This document shows positions 8,300 to 19,269 of a stretch of DNA of 40,504 nucleotides, in pieces. The notes under the pieces were generated by a model. The model had not been told where the DNA came from, searched no databases, and saw only the letters and a list, made by a program, of their open reading frames with translations. Numbering within the stretch: position 1 is the stretch's first letter; each line of letters opens with the position of its first letter. The translations under genes and the position numbers were made by a program. This DNA comes from a virus (taxonomy: Duplodnaviria > Caudoviricetes). The DNA is taken from positions 1 through 40,504 of the IMG/VR virus record IMGVR_UViG_3300022895_000228; one strand, written 5' to 3'.

Positions 8300-11200
8300 T
8301 TATTTAAGTTGCTCTTCAACTCTGTTCAGAAGTGGAGAGATATAAAACAGGTTCTGATATGGTAGCAACTTCCTGACCGCATGTGTCTGCTTGTCGTCAA
8401 ATTCTCCGTTGAGCACACCATTGGCGATCACAGCTCCGTCACCGGCCATATCGAAGGTAGGCCCCATCAGGGCGCCGATTGCGTTACGGCTCTGGAAGCG
8501 GGACACCGGCGGCGCGCCAAACATGGCACCAAGGCCAAACCGGCCGCCGCTGATATTCTCCACGGCGTTCAGTGGCTCGGATAGCCAGCCGATCATGCCG
8601 GCGCGGTCGATGCCCTCTTTCACCAGGTTGTTAGGGCTGTAGTCGATATCACGGCCGCTAAGCTTTTGCTTCATAACGTAGACCATTGCGCCGAGCGCGA
8701 TAGTCCCCATGGCGCCGAGGTAGAACGACGCATCACCCTGCTGGATGCCGGAGGCGATCACGCGGTTATGCTGAGCAAAGATGAACGTCTTGAACTGCAG
8801 GATCATCTTGCCTACTTCATTGCTCATCATCAGCGGCGTATCGCCAACACCGGGCGTGACAACGGTAGAGTCAACGTCTTTCAATACGGCAGATTGGAAA
8901 ACCTCACGCACTGCACGATCATCCCAAAGGTGGCTATGGCCAGTTAGAAGCCCGTCCATATCTTCACCATGCTTCGCGTATTGCTCACCAATGCGGCGCA
9001 GCATGCTCTGGTCGATACCGATTTGCGCCAGCTTTCTGACCTCCTTCTTAGGCACTTCCTTCCCTGCCGCCAGCAGCTGCGCATTGTCCAGGATACGCGA
9101 TTGAACGATAAGGCCAGACCATGACTTCAGAGCGCTGTTCCACTGGTTCATCAACGTCCAGTTACCAAACTTCTGCGTACCCCAGTTAAGTCCACGCTCA
9201 AAAGCAGAGCGCCGGCTATATGGGTCAGTGAGATCAGCAATGGCCTTCGTTCGGGTAGATAACACATAATCCAGGCCGACAGCCATTTCCCGCAGGTCTT
9301 TTGTGGCCACTTTCACCGCTGACATATTGCGGAGCATGGCGCCCATCGGACGCAATGATTTGCTTAGACCGTGCTGCATAACCGGCCTCATCAGATCAGT
9401 GGTTGCGGATATTGTCATACCACCAAGCAGACGCAGGAAGTTGATATTTCGCGCTACACGTCCAGCACGGACAAAGAAACTGCGCGGGTCTTTCGGTGCT
9501 CCATACGTACCGATCAGCCTATCTCGCATCGCCCCGATATCGCGCAGGTCAGCTTCACGTTGCTTCTCCAGCTTCGCGCGTTCCTTCGGCGTCTTTGCGT
9601 CCTTGATCAGTTGGGTGTATTCCTCTGTAACCTGGCGGATCTGCTCACCCATATCCTTGTTGCCGAATTGGGCGGTTAGTTCGATTTCCGGACCTACCTG
9701 GCGAAGATAGCTATCCATGACGTGGTTGATATCAGATTCCAGAAAGTCCTCAATTCGCTCATCAGGGATAAGCAGGCTTCTGCTTTTAGTGAATCCGGCG
9801 CGGCCGATTATTTTTTCAGGCAAAAGCTGAGCCGGCACCAAGCCGGAAGGTGCTCCAATTATCTTGTTGACGATCTCATCAGCGGCATCCTCAGCCTCTT
9901 CTCTGGAAAGTGGCTCCATGGCTTTCAGGGCGCGCTCACGGCTTGCGTTAAGCCAGGTTGTTGAGTTGGCCTTCTTCTGCAGCTTGCGCAGCTCTGAGCG
10001 ATGCTTGCGCGGGTTGTCCAGTAAATCTAGGTGACGTTGCAGCGTTGGAAGCTCCTCCTTCGCTCTGGCGATGTCATCCAGTTTGGTTCGCAGGTCTGAC
10101 ACCTCTTTGTTAAGTCGGGTGATCATCTTCTGATTTTTGGCTGTGGCCAGTTGGCCTTGCTGTTTCTCCAGCCTGGTGGTTATGTCCTGCTCTTGGCCGA
10201 TCAACTTAGTGCGGTTGCCGACCTCGTCCATAAGTTCAGTTTTACGTCCAGACCATGACTCTGCTGCCGCAATCTCGTCCGCAAGTGTCTGCGCGCGCGG
10301 TTGCGCCTCTGCAGCAGCAGCAAGACCGGAGTCAATTTTCTCTATCCGTGTGCCAGCAGCATCGGCACCTTTGCTACTGATGCCCTGGATCCAATTAGCA
10401 ATGCGCCCACGGAACTCTGTGCGGTCAGACAAAATTTTATCGAATTTGTAAATCCGTGGCAGGTAGCTTTGCGCTGTAGAAACGTCGACGTCTTCCGGCA
10501 AAATGCCGAGTTCCTGCATGCGGACTTTGGTCGCCTCAAACATCGGGCGGATCTGCGCTGCTGCCTGAGCCACTTCTGGAATTTCACTCTGATCCCCGCG
10601 GCGCATTGCCATGCCAACAGCTTCATTGAAATCAACGAAATTCATCCTCTGCCCACCTGCAGAACGAATGCTCTTGCTGTAAGACTGGTAGGCGTCTTTA
10701 GTGGACTCCATCTGTTTGTAGAGCATTGCATCGTATTGCTTTATCTTGGTTTCCGCCGCGGTGAATGTGGCTAGCCCTTCGTCGTTCTTGGCAAAGTAAT
10801 AGTTGTTTTCTGCCAACTGTTGGTTAATGGCTCTAGACGCGCGCGATGGTGACTGCGCCAGGCGGCCGCCTGGGTTAACGCTCAGGGTTTTGTTAATCAA
10901 ACCAAGGCCAGCCAACTGCTCCTGATCCAGTGTTGTGTTGAAAACCTGAGCTGCACCGATGCTTTGTGGCGAGTCATTGCCTCGCAGATTACTGGCCATC
11001 GCTTCAGATACTGCGGCGCGCTGCCCGGCCCCGGCAAGTGACTGGGCACCGGCACCGAGAATGCCACCCACCATCGCATCAACAGCCACGTTTGCCGCGC
11101 TCTCTCCCAGCGTGCGAGTTTCCTGAGTGGCGCTCAGTGCTGCCTCTGACGCTACGCCGCCAACGGCATTGGCCAGGGCAAATCTACCAGCAGTCGCTGC

Positions 11201-11689
11201 AACCTCACCACCGCGCACTACGGCACCGGCCGGGACAAACATTGATGCCAGGTTTATCGGATCAATAAGGCCCATAGCCAGACTGGAGATTGTTCCTGCG
11301 CCGCCGGTCTCCGCAAGGTATTGTCGGTCTTGCATCTGCCGATCGATACGGCTCTTTATCGCACGCGTCTCATCAGGGGATCCAACATCAATGAATGAAT
11401 CAGCATAATCCTCATACCCTTTTAGGTCTGCTGCGTCGTTGTCGAAAGGGTTATACCCATCAACTTTGTCAAACTGGCTAAATGGCGCAGTTGCGATGAA
11501 GCTCCCAAGGGAGTTATCCAGCCGGAAAGCCGCGTCGCGTGCCCGCTGCACCTGCTGGTTATCGGTAAATGGGTTGATCGCAGAAAGCAACGACGGCGTT
11601 TCCATGTATGCTGCACTATCATCTGGCTGGGGAATGGCCTGGACATCGGAAGAAAGCAGATCGTCAGGTTTCATCTCATACGTTGGCAT
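8300..11689 (-). CDS. Internal virion (ejection) protein, epsilon15 gp17-like
   Basis: 1129 aa, largest ORF, third of the core-protein trio after the tail genes. Confidence 0.8.
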   Translation of the reverse strand: MPTYEMKPDDLLSSDVQAIPQPDDSAAYMETPSLLSAINPFTDNQQVQRARDAAFRLDNSLGSFIATAPFSQFDKVDGYNPFDNDAADLKGYEDYADSFIDVGSPDETRAIKSRIDRQMQDRQYLAETGGAGTISSLAMGLIDPINLASMFVPAGAVVRGGEVAATAGRFALANAVGGVASEAALSATQETRTLGESAANVAVDAMVGGILGAGAQSLAGAGQRAAVSEAMASNLRGNDSPQSIGAAQVFNTTLDQEQLAGLGLINKTLSVNPGGRLAQSPSRASRAINQQLAENNYYFAKNDEGLATFTAAETKIKQYDAMLYKQMESTKDAYQSYSKSIRSAGGQRMNFVDFNEAVGMAMRRGDQSEIPEVAQAAAQIRPMFEATKVRMQELGILPEDVDVSTAQSYLPRIYKFDKILSDRTEFRGRIANWIQGISSKGADAAGTRIEKIDSGLAAAAEAQPRAQTLADEIAAAESWSGRKTELMDEVGNRTKLIGQEQDITTRLEKQQGQLATAKNQKMITRLNKEVSDLRTKLDDIARAKEELPTLQRHLDLLDNPRKHRSELRKLQKKANSTTWLNASRERALKAMEPLSREEAEDAADEIVNKIIGAPSGLVPAQLLPEKIIGRAGFTKSRSLLIPDERIEDFLESDINHVMDSYLRQVGPEIELTAQFGNKDMGEQIRQVTEEYTQLIKDAKTPKERAKLEKQREADLRDIGAMRDRLIGTYGAPKDPRSFFVRAGRVARNINFLRLLGGMTISATTDLMRPVMQHGLSKSLRPMGAMLRNMSAVKVATKDLREMAVGLDYVLSTRTKAIADLTDPYSRRSAFERGLNWGTQKFGNWTLMNQWNSALKSWSGLIVQSRILDNAQLLAAGKEVPKKEVRKLAQIGIDQSMLRRIGEQYAKHGEDMDGLLTGHSHLWDDRAVREVFQSAVLKDVDSTVVTPGVGDTPLMMSNEVGKMILQFKTFIFAQHNRVIASGIQQGDASFYLGAMGTIALGAMVYVMKQKLSGRDIDYSPNNLVKEGIDRAGMIGWLSEPLNAVENISGGRFGLGAMFGAPPVSRFQSRNAIGALMGPTFDMAGDGAVIANGVLNGEFDDKQTHAVRKLLPYQNLFYISPLLNRVEEQLK

Positions 11690-14445
11690 TATTTTCCCCC
11701 TGCTGTGATGTTGCTCGGCAATTGGTTAGCAATGCCGGTACCAAATGGTTTAGTGAGATCAGGTGGTGTGTAGCCCTGTTGATTGGTAAATGCTGGCTGC
11801 TGCTCTTCCTGTCTCACCGCGCGAGCCGCGTCGACTCTCTGCTGATGAACTCCCATTGTTTGCTTATACATTGGTGAGATTTGTTGCTCAGGCTTGAATC
11901 TCAAAGGCATGCCATTTTCCCCGTAGTACGGGCGCACATCATCATAGCCTTCAGCATTCTTCTGGCGGAGCATGACGCTATAGCTCTGGTCGCGTGGCGT
12001 TACTGCATCAGGTATCAGGACTAAATCAGTGTCATCGCGCGCACCACCAAATGCAGACCCTTTAAGCGCCCGCTTCTCTTCTTCCCATTGGCCTTGGATC
12101 CAGTTACCAGAACCGTTCGTAACGCCATACACGGCTTCAGGTGCATATTTCATCACCTCTTCTTTCCCGTTAATGGTCGATACTGCCCACACCTTTTTAA
12201 TCATGGCGTTGGTCATGGCCTTGGCCTGATCAGCATCGCCGCCGGTCTGGGCAAAGTTGGCGTCGTAAATGGTCTGGTAGTCGCGCTGATATAACTGATT
12301 TGCCTGCCCTGCGGCGCTGATGCTTGGCGCGCCGAAGCTTGTCCACGATGGCGACAGGCTATTGATGTTGTCCTGTGCGGCAGTAGAACGGGCTTTGATG
12401 TAGTCTTTATCCCTTACCTGCTGGCTAATCATTTGCTTCAAGCGCTCGTCCTGCTGATAAACCTGGTTGTAGGCCATATCTACCGCTTTCTCTGCAGGGA
12501 CGCCGGCACGGTCATAGGCATAAACTTTCGAGTAGAACGCCATGGCCCCCTTATCCACACCGGTGGCCGCCGCCGGGTTGTTATCGAAAATCTGTCCGTA
12601 CATCTTGGCCATTGGGACAACGACGGCAGGATCTCGAGATGTTGCACCAGCAGTTAGCATCGTCTTGATCTGCGTTGGCAGCATGCCTGATTTTGTGGTT
12701 ATCTCAGCGACCTGGTTCAGGCTGTCCCCGTTATTGATATTGAACCCGGGTGCCACCTGCCGATCGAAGTAATGGTCAGCAGCCGCCTGGTTATTTTTGT
12801 CATTCGGGTCCAGCGGGAAGTTGTTCTGTAGGGATGACTCAAATCTGCTGCTGCCTTGGTTCTTCTCCCATTCGGCATCGAGCTGCTTAAACTTCGCCTG
12901 CATCTTGTCCCAGCGCTGCTGATTGGCTGCGAAGTTTGGCGCATTAGGATCTGATGGCCGCAGGCGTTCAAGCAAGTCTTGACGGCCGGCGGGGGACATG
13001 TCTTTTGCTGCTCCGATTACCCCGCCATAGCTCTGCTGATCCTGCAGATCTTGCCATTGCCGCAGCCCTTTGGCTGGTCCATAAGCATTTATCAGATCTG
13101 CCTGAGTTGGCAATTGGCCAGGCTGCAACCCCTCATCAAAGGCTGAATATGCATCCTTCAGAGATGTGCCGAGTTGTTGGGCATACAGAGCACGCTGCTC
13201 ATTCTGCATTGCCTGCGCCTGGCGGAGATAAGTTCCCTGTGTTGCCGGGCTGGCGGCATCAAAGGCTGCGTTACCGGTGCGACGTTTCGATGACTCCAAC
13301 GCGGATAGGCCTAGCGCAGCACTGACACCTGCACCAAGTTGTTCATCAGTGTATGGCTGGCTTCCATTCTCATGCTTAACGATACCGGCGCACAGCGCTG
13401 CCAGGGTGCGCGGATTGCTCATGTCTACCTGATCGTTGGCGCCGACGCCAAGAGCACCGCACAGCGCTTTGATGTATGCGTCAGTATTATTGCCATCAGA
13501 GGCCGGGGCCCAACGGTTGACGATTTCAGACACAGTGTCGTAGCCCTGCCTCTGGTATGACAACAGGTTTTTCCCCAGCGCACGGATCCCATGCTCCGGC
13601 GTTTCAAACTTGGCAAAGCGCCCATCGCTACCTGCCTGCCCTTCCCATGGGTTTGCGGAGCTGGCTTCGATGTTCCCAGGGTTGTTGTTGCGCAGGCCTC
13701 TGGCCGCTGATGAATTGCCGTGCGCAGTAACCCGAGGCACCCCGCCAACGTCTGACGGTTCGCCATTGCGTGCCAAGAACTGATCGAAGCGGCCAGCAGT
13801 AAGCTGAGCATTCAATGCTGCCTTAGCTGAATTCTCCCGGAAGTTTATCCAATTGGCCTCGATCTCTTCCGGGCTTTGCCCGTGAGCCTGACCGAAAGCC
13901 ATGATCTGCTCTCTGGCCAGCAGATTGGTGTTCACGAACCCTTCATTGTCGTCAAAGCTGTTTTCGGCCTGCGTTTGCAGGTTCGCCAGCAAGCCCTGTT
14001 GCTGCCCTGCCTCGAACTGCTGACGCTGCCCAACTTCATACTGCCTCGCGCGGTTGGCGATCGGCTGGCCAGCGGCTGCGAACTGGTTACGGAACCGCTC
14101 TTTTACGGGCCCGTCTCGTATTGAATCGAAAGCTGAACCGGCCATCTGGCTAAGTTGCCCTGCGACCTGCTCTCCCTGTCCAATAGCATTAGCGCCCTGC
14201 TTAGTGATCAGACCGGTCTGCGGGTTATTAATCAGGTCATCGGCCTGCTGGTTAAACTGCAGCAGTGCGTTCTGAGCAAATGCTAGATCCTCACGCTCGC
14301 GCTGTTGCTGATACACGCCCAAGGCATTAGCGCCGACATCAGCCAGCGCTGTTAATCCGTTGCCCTGCGGAATGCGGAGGTTTTGCGTGTTTACAGGCGC
14401 CATCTCAGATTGTGACTGGCGCTGGTATACCGGTACTGTTGGCAT
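11689..14445 (-). CDS. Internal virion (ejection) protein with lysozyme-like domain, gp16-like
   Basis: 918 aa; RGLRNNNPGNI...GRFAKFETPEHGIRA...RWAP motif typical of virion muralytic domains. Confidence 0.8.
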   Translation of the reverse strand: MPTVPVYQRQSQSEMAPVNTQNLRIPQGNGLTALADVGANALGVYQQQREREDLAFAQNALLQFNQQADDLINNPQTGLITKQGANAIGQGEQVAGQLSQMAGSAFDSIRDGPVKERFRNQFAAAGQPIANRARQYEVGQRQQFEAGQQQGLLANLQTQAENSFDDNEGFVNTNLLAREQIMAFGQAHGQSPEEIEANWINFRENSAKAALNAQLTAGRFDQFLARNGEPSDVGGVPRVTAHGNSSAARGLRNNNPGNIEASSANPWEGQAGSDGRFAKFETPEHGIRALGKNLLSYQRQGYDTVSEIVNRWAPASDGNNTDAYIKALCGALGVGANDQVDMSNPRTLAALCAGIVKHENGSQPYTDEQLGAGVSAALGLSALESSKRRTGNAAFDAASPATQGTYLRQAQAMQNEQRALYAQQLGTSLKDAYSAFDEGLQPGQLPTQADLINAYGPAKGLRQWQDLQDQQSYGGVIGAAKDMSPAGRQDLLERLRPSDPNAPNFAANQQRWDKMQAKFKQLDAEWEKNQGSSRFESSLQNNFPLDPNDKNNQAAADHYFDRQVAPGFNINNGDSLNQVAEITTKSGMLPTQIKTMLTAGATSRDPAVVVPMAKMYGQIFDNNPAAATGVDKGAMAFYSKVYAYDRAGVPAEKAVDMAYNQVYQQDERLKQMISQQVRDKDYIKARSTAAQDNINSLSPSWTSFGAPSISAAGQANQLYQRDYQTIYDANFAQTGGDADQAKAMTNAMIKKVWAVSTINGKEEVMKYAPEAVYGVTNGSGNWIQGQWEEEKRALKGSAFGGARDDTDLVLIPDAVTPRDQSYSVMLRQKNAEGYDDVRPYYGENGMPLRFKPEQQISPMYKQTMGVHQQRVDAARAVRQEEQQPAFTNQQGYTPPDLTKPFGTGIANQLPSNITAGGK

Positions 14446-14454
14446 CGCTCCCCC

Positions 14455-15030
14455 TTAGAACGTGTATGCGTTGGAGCCGTAACGGCTACCGCGGGCGTTG
14501 TTGAACATGTTATTGCTGGATGATCCACCGCCTGAAGCTGCCGGCTTATTCAGCGCACCAGAGGATTGATAGGAACCATATGCCGTTAATGCTGAGTTCA
14601 GGATGGTGGTTGTGGCCCCAAAGTTGGCGGCGCTGCGATCCATTTGGCCCTGCGCGCGGCTAACCCCAGCCTGGAAGTTAAGCCCGGCCCCCTGACGCTC
14701 TGCGTTGTTGATTGTCTTCAGCGAGTCGAGCTGTCCTCCCTGGGCAGTATTGCCGAAAATATTCAGTGCGCTGCCGCTGGTCATGTCGGTGCCGGCCGCG
14801 CCGAATGCAGCCGCCTGCTGGCCCTGCAATTGACGCGTCTGCTGGCGCTGCTGGTCGGCGTTAGCATTACCGGTGTTGATGGCGTCTCTAGCGGCGATCT
14901 CTTGCGCATCGGCGTTGGCATTAGCAACTTTCTGGGCATTTTTACCTTGCTGCTGCTGACCGTATGCACTGATGGCACCAACTACCAGGGCGCCCACTGC
15001 AACAATGGTTGTTGGCTCACACATGGTCAC
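14455..15030 (-). CDS. Internal virion protein, gp15-like
   Basis: MCEP start, hydrophobic N-terminus, Gln/Ala-rich; T7 gp14-like position. Confidence 0.75.
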   Translation of the reverse strand: MTMCEPTTIVAVGALVVGAISAYGQQQQGKNAQKVANANADAQEIAARDAINTGNANADQQRQQTRQLQGQQAAAFGAAGTDMTSGSALNIFGNTAQGGQLDSLKTINNAERQGAGLNFQAGVSRAQGQMDRSAANFGATTTILNSALTAYGSYQSSGALNKPAASGGGSSSNNMFNNARGSRYGSNAYTF

Positions 15031-15490
15031 CTCGTCTCATATCAAATCTGTGGAATGGAAGGCCGGCCCGGCCGACCGGTTGCGCATCGTGAATAGTGAA
15101 ACCCATCCAATGCAGCCAGCATTTAGCCGCTATATTTCGGGCGTCTACGTAATTTTCCAGCACTGGATAATGCTGCAGGAATAACTGCAACACTGGCCGG
15201 CACCGACGGAGGAAAGTGGCCTGATAACGCTCCAGCAGATCAGAACCCACCAGCCAAGGAATGCCGGAACCGGTGATAATGGAGCGCGGCGCCACGCCGA
15301 AGATGGTGACCACCTGGCCGTTGATCAGTCCGGCGAAGGAAAAAGCCGAAGTGCGCAGGGCCATCTCCAGCACTTGCGCCGGTGTCTTTCCGCTCATCGC
15401 TTCGAATTCGTCAACATCCGCCTGGCGAACGTGCGGCATTAATGCATCTACGTGTTCCAGTGTTGCCTCGACAACTTCAACCTTACGCAC
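15017..15490 (-). CDS. DUF2833 / T7 gp13-like acetyltransferase-fold protein
   Basis: R..D..E and N.V...N.....WL..MGF motifs; position after the nozzle gene. Confidence 0.75.
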   Translation of the reverse strand: MRKVEVVEATLEHVDALMPHVRQADVDEFEAMSGKTPAQVLEMALRTSAFSFAGLINGQVVTIFGVAPRSIITGSGIPWLVGSDLLERYQATFLRRCRPVLQLFLQHYPVLENYVDARNIAAKCWLHWMGFTIHDAQPVGRAGLPFHRFDMRRGDHV

Positions 15491-17991
15491 TAAACGCCTC
15501 CTACTGTTACGCGCGGGATGACAGCCAGAATGGTCATCGGTAGCGGATCGTCCTGCTTAACAATCAGCCGGCCATTCTTGCCCCAGTTTGCATCCAATTG
15601 TAATTCAATGGTTCCCGTCTTCGGTTCGACTGGTTCATCATAAAATTCGTCATCACGCTGGGCGTACTCGTAGAACTCGCAACCAGGTGTCGCCGCAAAT
15701 ACGCCGCGGGATTCATTGACCAACAGAGAGGCTTTTGTGAACAGTTTTTTCTTATCGAGCAGAGTTTCGTTTCCGTTAAGGTTTACGTCCAACGTTTCAA
15801 TGACCGCAGCGATCGGCAGACCTGCATGCACTACGGCCCCGGCTTTCTCCAGGGTGATGCTGCCACCGGACACCGTCTTTTTAGGTTCAACGTTGGAATC
15901 GGAAAGTATGCTGACCGCCTGCCCCTCGAGGTGAGAAAGACCGGAAAATGTAGAACGCGCCATGCTCCAGGTGCTTACCGCAACACCTCGGAATATCTCA
16001 GGAACGTTACGATTACTTTGCGCCGTAACTTGGTTCCCATTGATAACGGCTAAAATTTCCAGCTTCAGGATTTTGTTATCATTGTCTTCGATGTATGGGT
16101 AATGGATTTCACTCCCTACATCACCAACAGAAAAATAACTTGGGCCAGATACTGTGAGCGTTAACTGATCTTGATATGACCAATCACCAGTTCCGCCGGT
16201 CAGTGTCATGGTTTTGCTTGCATCGCGATTCCTACCGTCATAGGTCAGTCCACAATCAACGAAAAATGCATCATCCATGTCGGTGTATAAGCGACTCTGC
16301 ATACGCTCTATGTAGCGCCGCTGCTGCCCATTAATGGTGCGTTCAATCACGCAGTAGAGAGCATCCTCGGTATCCTCGGCTATGCTACAGAGGGATTCAT
16401 ATCGGCCAGCCCCCGGGTGTAAGTGCCACGCTGCAACCTGCTGATCGCGTAGGTAAGTCAGCCCCAGCAACGTACCGTCATTGCGCACACACCAGACAAT
16501 CGACATTGGCGTTATGGAAAAAGCCCAATCAGTTATCTGGAATCCTGTGAAAAAGTGGTTGGCCAGAATGGTCAGGTCAGAACCTTGGAACCCATCGACG
16601 TCGAAAGAATAGGCCAGATCTCGCACCGCGCCGCCCTTCTGTTGGATGAACAGTGCGACGTTACTGATAGCGATGGGCTGCACGTGGCTGGCGCCGTTCT
16701 GCCCCTGGCTGGCAAATTGGAAGGCTGAAGGTGTCAGCGTGCCTTGCTGATTCCCATTTACCTTATATTCCCCACCGCTGGTTAATGCCACAAGCGAACC
16801 AACATCAATCAGGTGGCGGATCTGGTTAAGCTGGCGCCCGGCGTAGGTGTACGTAATCGCATCATCGTCAACGGTAGGGTTTGAAGTGCCGAAGTCTTTA
16901 TAGTCACCGCTTCGGCTGGTCCATATGGTTTGTGGTTGGCTGCGAGATCCTGCAAATATTAGGCGCTGTTGGAAGTAAACCACTGTTCCCGGGTATCCAG
17001 CATCGCCATTCCATGCATAGTGCGCCCATTTGTAAGTGGCTGAGTCTTCACCAACAACTTGCCCGGGAAGTTCAATCTCACCATCCTTGCGGATCACTAC
17101 GTCGGCGGTAGCCGTCAGACCATCACCACTAACAGCAGTTATGCGACAAATACCGCGCCCAGAATGCAAATAGCGCCACTTGACGCCATAGGCATCAGAA
17201 CCGGCAACGGCCCAGCCGTCCCAACTATCCCCAGTGGTATGTGAAGGTGCAACAGGCCCGGTATGGCTACGCTCACCCGCATCTACGCAGCGATAATAAT
17301 TTTCCTGGTAGCGGCATAGATTTCCAACGGCAACCTGCTCACCAGTTACCCAACGTCCTACTGTGTCAACATTCTTCTGCTCCATGTAAAACAGACTGCC
17401 AACGTGCCAGCTCTTGAAGATAGAAGCGCTGGCCGTCAACGTTACCGTACCGCTGGTAGCGCTGGCGTAGACAGTGATCGCCTCATCAATATTGACGTTG
17501 GCGAACGGTCCACTGACCGTAACCACCAATGCGGTACGCCAATCATCATGCGCGTACCGTTGGATTTCCATCGGCGGGTAATTGGGGTGACAGACCGTCA
17601 TCACGTCCGCGCTTTGCGTGTACTTCAGCAGATCGATATCGCCAGCAGCCCATGGCGTTGCCACATCTACCGGTTGGCCAACGCTGGCACCAGATGAGTA
17701 AACAACCTGAGCGCCATCCATGAACACGCGGAAATAGTGGTCGCCAACTTCGAGCACATAGGTTTGCTCGGTGTTGAACTGGAACGGGATCAGCCGGCAC
17801 TTCCGATCGGGATATTTAGCCGGTGCCACATAGCGCGTACCAGGGCGATTCTCTACGCCACCATATTGACGGACGATGAAGTTACGGCAGCGCCGCAGTG
17901 ACGTCTGGTATTTCTCCAGGTCAACGCGACCGTAAAGGCTCGGCGAAACTTCGCCGCCGGCAAAGGATGGCTGGATCAGGCTGGTTGTCAT
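15490..17991 (-). CDS. Tail tubular protein B (nozzle)
   Basis: 833 aa, IQPSFAGGEVSP..YGRVD N-terminus, YTQSAD and YFQQRL motifs. Confidence 0.9.
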   Translation of the reverse strand: MTTSLIQPSFAGGEVSPSLYGRVDLEKYQTSLRRCRNFIVRQYGGVENRPGTRYVAPAKYPDRKCRLIPFQFNTEQTYVLEVGDHYFRVFMDGAQVVYSSGASVGQPVDVATPWAAGDIDLLKYTQSADVMTVCHPNYPPMEIQRYAHDDWRTALVVTVSGPFANVNIDEAITVYASATSGTVTLTASASIFKSWHVGSLFYMEQKNVDTVGRWVTGEQVAVGNLCRYQENYYRCVDAGERSHTGPVAPSHTTGDSWDGWAVAGSDAYGVKWRYLHSGRGICRITAVSGDGLTATADVVIRKDGEIELPGQVVGEDSATYKWAHYAWNGDAGYPGTVVYFQQRLIFAGSRSQPQTIWTSRSGDYKDFGTSNPTVDDDAITYTYAGRQLNQIRHLIDVGSLVALTSGGEYKVNGNQQGTLTPSAFQFASQGQNGASHVQPIAISNVALFIQQKGGAVRDLAYSFDVDGFQGSDLTILANHFFTGFQITDWAFSITPMSIVWCVRNDGTLLGLTYLRDQQVAAWHLHPGAGRYESLCSIAEDTEDALYCVIERTINGQQRRYIERMQSRLYTDMDDAFFVDCGLTYDGRNRDASKTMTLTGGTGDWSYQDQLTLTVSGPSYFSVGDVGSEIHYPYIEDNDNKILKLEILAVINGNQVTAQSNRNVPEIFRGVAVSTWSMARSTFSGLSHLEGQAVSILSDSNVEPKKTVSGGSITLEKAGAVVHAGLPIAAVIETLDVNLNGNETLLDKKKLFTKASLLVNESRGVFAATPGCEFYEYAQRDDEFYDEPVEPKTGTIELQLDANWGKNGRLIVKQDDPLPMTILAVIPRVTVGGV

Positions 17992-18599
17992 TATGATGCC
18001 CTCAGGTCAGAAACCTCAGACCACGGTGCAGGCGGCTCCTGGGTTTCGTTCATGCTCAGCGTTGAAGCCGATGAGATAGTGAGCTGATACTTCTGCTCTG
18101 CACGGTTCCCCATATTCGCATCGCCGGTGATTTGCATGGATATTTCGGCAGCGAGACGCCAGGCCAGAGCATCGCGGAATTCAGCGTCGAACATATTGGG
18201 GTCGGTGACTTTTGATACGTAGCGCAGCCATGCCTTTGGAAGATTGGTAACGATAAGCCGCCCGGTACCGTTCACATCTGAACCAACCTCATACGGTACG
18301 CGTTGATCGGGTGTAACGAAGCGCTGGCCGTCCGGCGAAACGATGGCAACAATACGCATGCAGTCTGTCGGGTAACGGTAGCTATACTGCCAATCCGGCT
18401 GTGCGATACCCAGATCAGCAAGGGCCACACGTTTAGTGGCAAAGCGCCAAGGGAAATCAGCAAGCACTGCATCCCGGCAATCCTCATAGAAAAGGTTGCA
18501 TGCAGCGGCTTCTTTGCTCTTCTCGGTGAGGCTGGCGATCACTCGGCTGTTGCCAAGGCGTCCCAGCGCCACGTTGCAGATCTGGATGACTGATGCCAT
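17991..18599 (-). CDS. Tail tubular protein A (adaptor)
   Basis: ICNVALGRLG and PWRFA motifs, 202 aa. Confidence 0.9.
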   Translation of the reverse strand: MASVIQICNVALGRLGNSRVIASLTEKSKEAAACNLFYEDCRDAVLADFPWRFATKRVALADLGIAQPDWQYSYRYPTDCMRIVAIVSPDGQRFVTPDQRVPYEVGSDVNGTGRLIVTNLPKAWLRYVSKVTDPNMFDAEFRDALAWRLAAEISMQITGDANMGNRAEQKYQLTISSASTLSMNETQEPPAPWSEVSDLRAS

Positions 18600-18922
18600 T
18601 ACTCGCCCCCGGCGTCGCCATAAAGAGTATCGGCAGCAGAACGCTGCGGCGCGGCCGCCGGTTCAATGCCTATGTCGGTGAATTGCAGATCAACGCTGCT
18701 TTCTGCTTTGTCGCCTTCAGTGCGCGTTGAGACAGACAGCACCTTCGCCACACCACCAACCGTAAGCATCTCCCCAACCTTTGGCAGTTGGATCCCCAGT
18801 TTTTCCAGCGTGTCATTGTTCAGAGTGAAGCGCAGTCCCCACGGGTATTCGTCGCGAGTCTCCGGCTTTCCGCCTTCGCTTTCGTAGGTATCGGTTCCGA
18901 TCTTGAGGTTTACGGTTTTCAT
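18599..18922 (-). CDS. Capsid staple protein, epsilon15 gp10-like
   Basis: MKTVNLK...GKPET.DEYPWGLR.TL matches epsilon15 gp10 as recalled. Confidence 0.85.
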   Translation of the reverse strand: MKTVNLKIGTDTYESEGGKPETRDEYPWGLRFTLNNDTLEKLGIQLPKVGEMLTVGGVAKVLSVSTRTEGDKAESSVDLQFTDIGIEPAAAPQRSAADTLYGDAGGE

Positions 18923-18942
18923 GCGAGGACTCCAGGGAGGAA

Positions 18943-18958
18943 AGGGGCCGAAGCCCCT
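18943..18958 (-). terminator. UUCG-loop hairpin, probable weak terminator in the head operon
   Basis: Minus strand AGGGGC-TTCG-GCCCCT followed by TTCC. Confidence 0.5.
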
Positions 18959-18964
18959 ATGAGG

Positions 18965-19258
18965 TTAAGCGCCTAACTCTTTACGCTTTTCATCGATAGC
19001 AGCCTGCAACTTAGCCGCGCCGGTGTTGAAGTGCGGTTTCTCGTTGAACAGCTCTTCATATTGCTGGCGAAGCGTTTCCAGGTTAGTGCTGTCGCCGCCG
19101 CTACCTTCGCCGCCCTCTTCCAGCAGATTGCCATCACCATCGATCAGTTGCAGGTTGTCGCCAGCCTTGCCGCTGTACTCAATAGTTTCGCCCTCTTCCA
19201 GCAGATGACCGTTGATGAACGACTTCCGTGTGACGCGGTACATTTTCGTTTGTGACAT
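18965..19258 (-). CDS. Head-module hypothetical protein
   Basis: Likely start MSQTK; YRV...SFING.L...G motif, C-terminal helical domain. Confidence 0.7.
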   Translation of the reverse strand: MSQTKMYRVTRKSFINGHLLEEGETIEYSGKAGDNLQLIDGDGNLLEEGGEGSGGDSTNLETLRQQYEELFNEKPHFNTGAAKLQAAIDEKRKELGA

Positions 19259-19269
19259 GTCACGCCCCA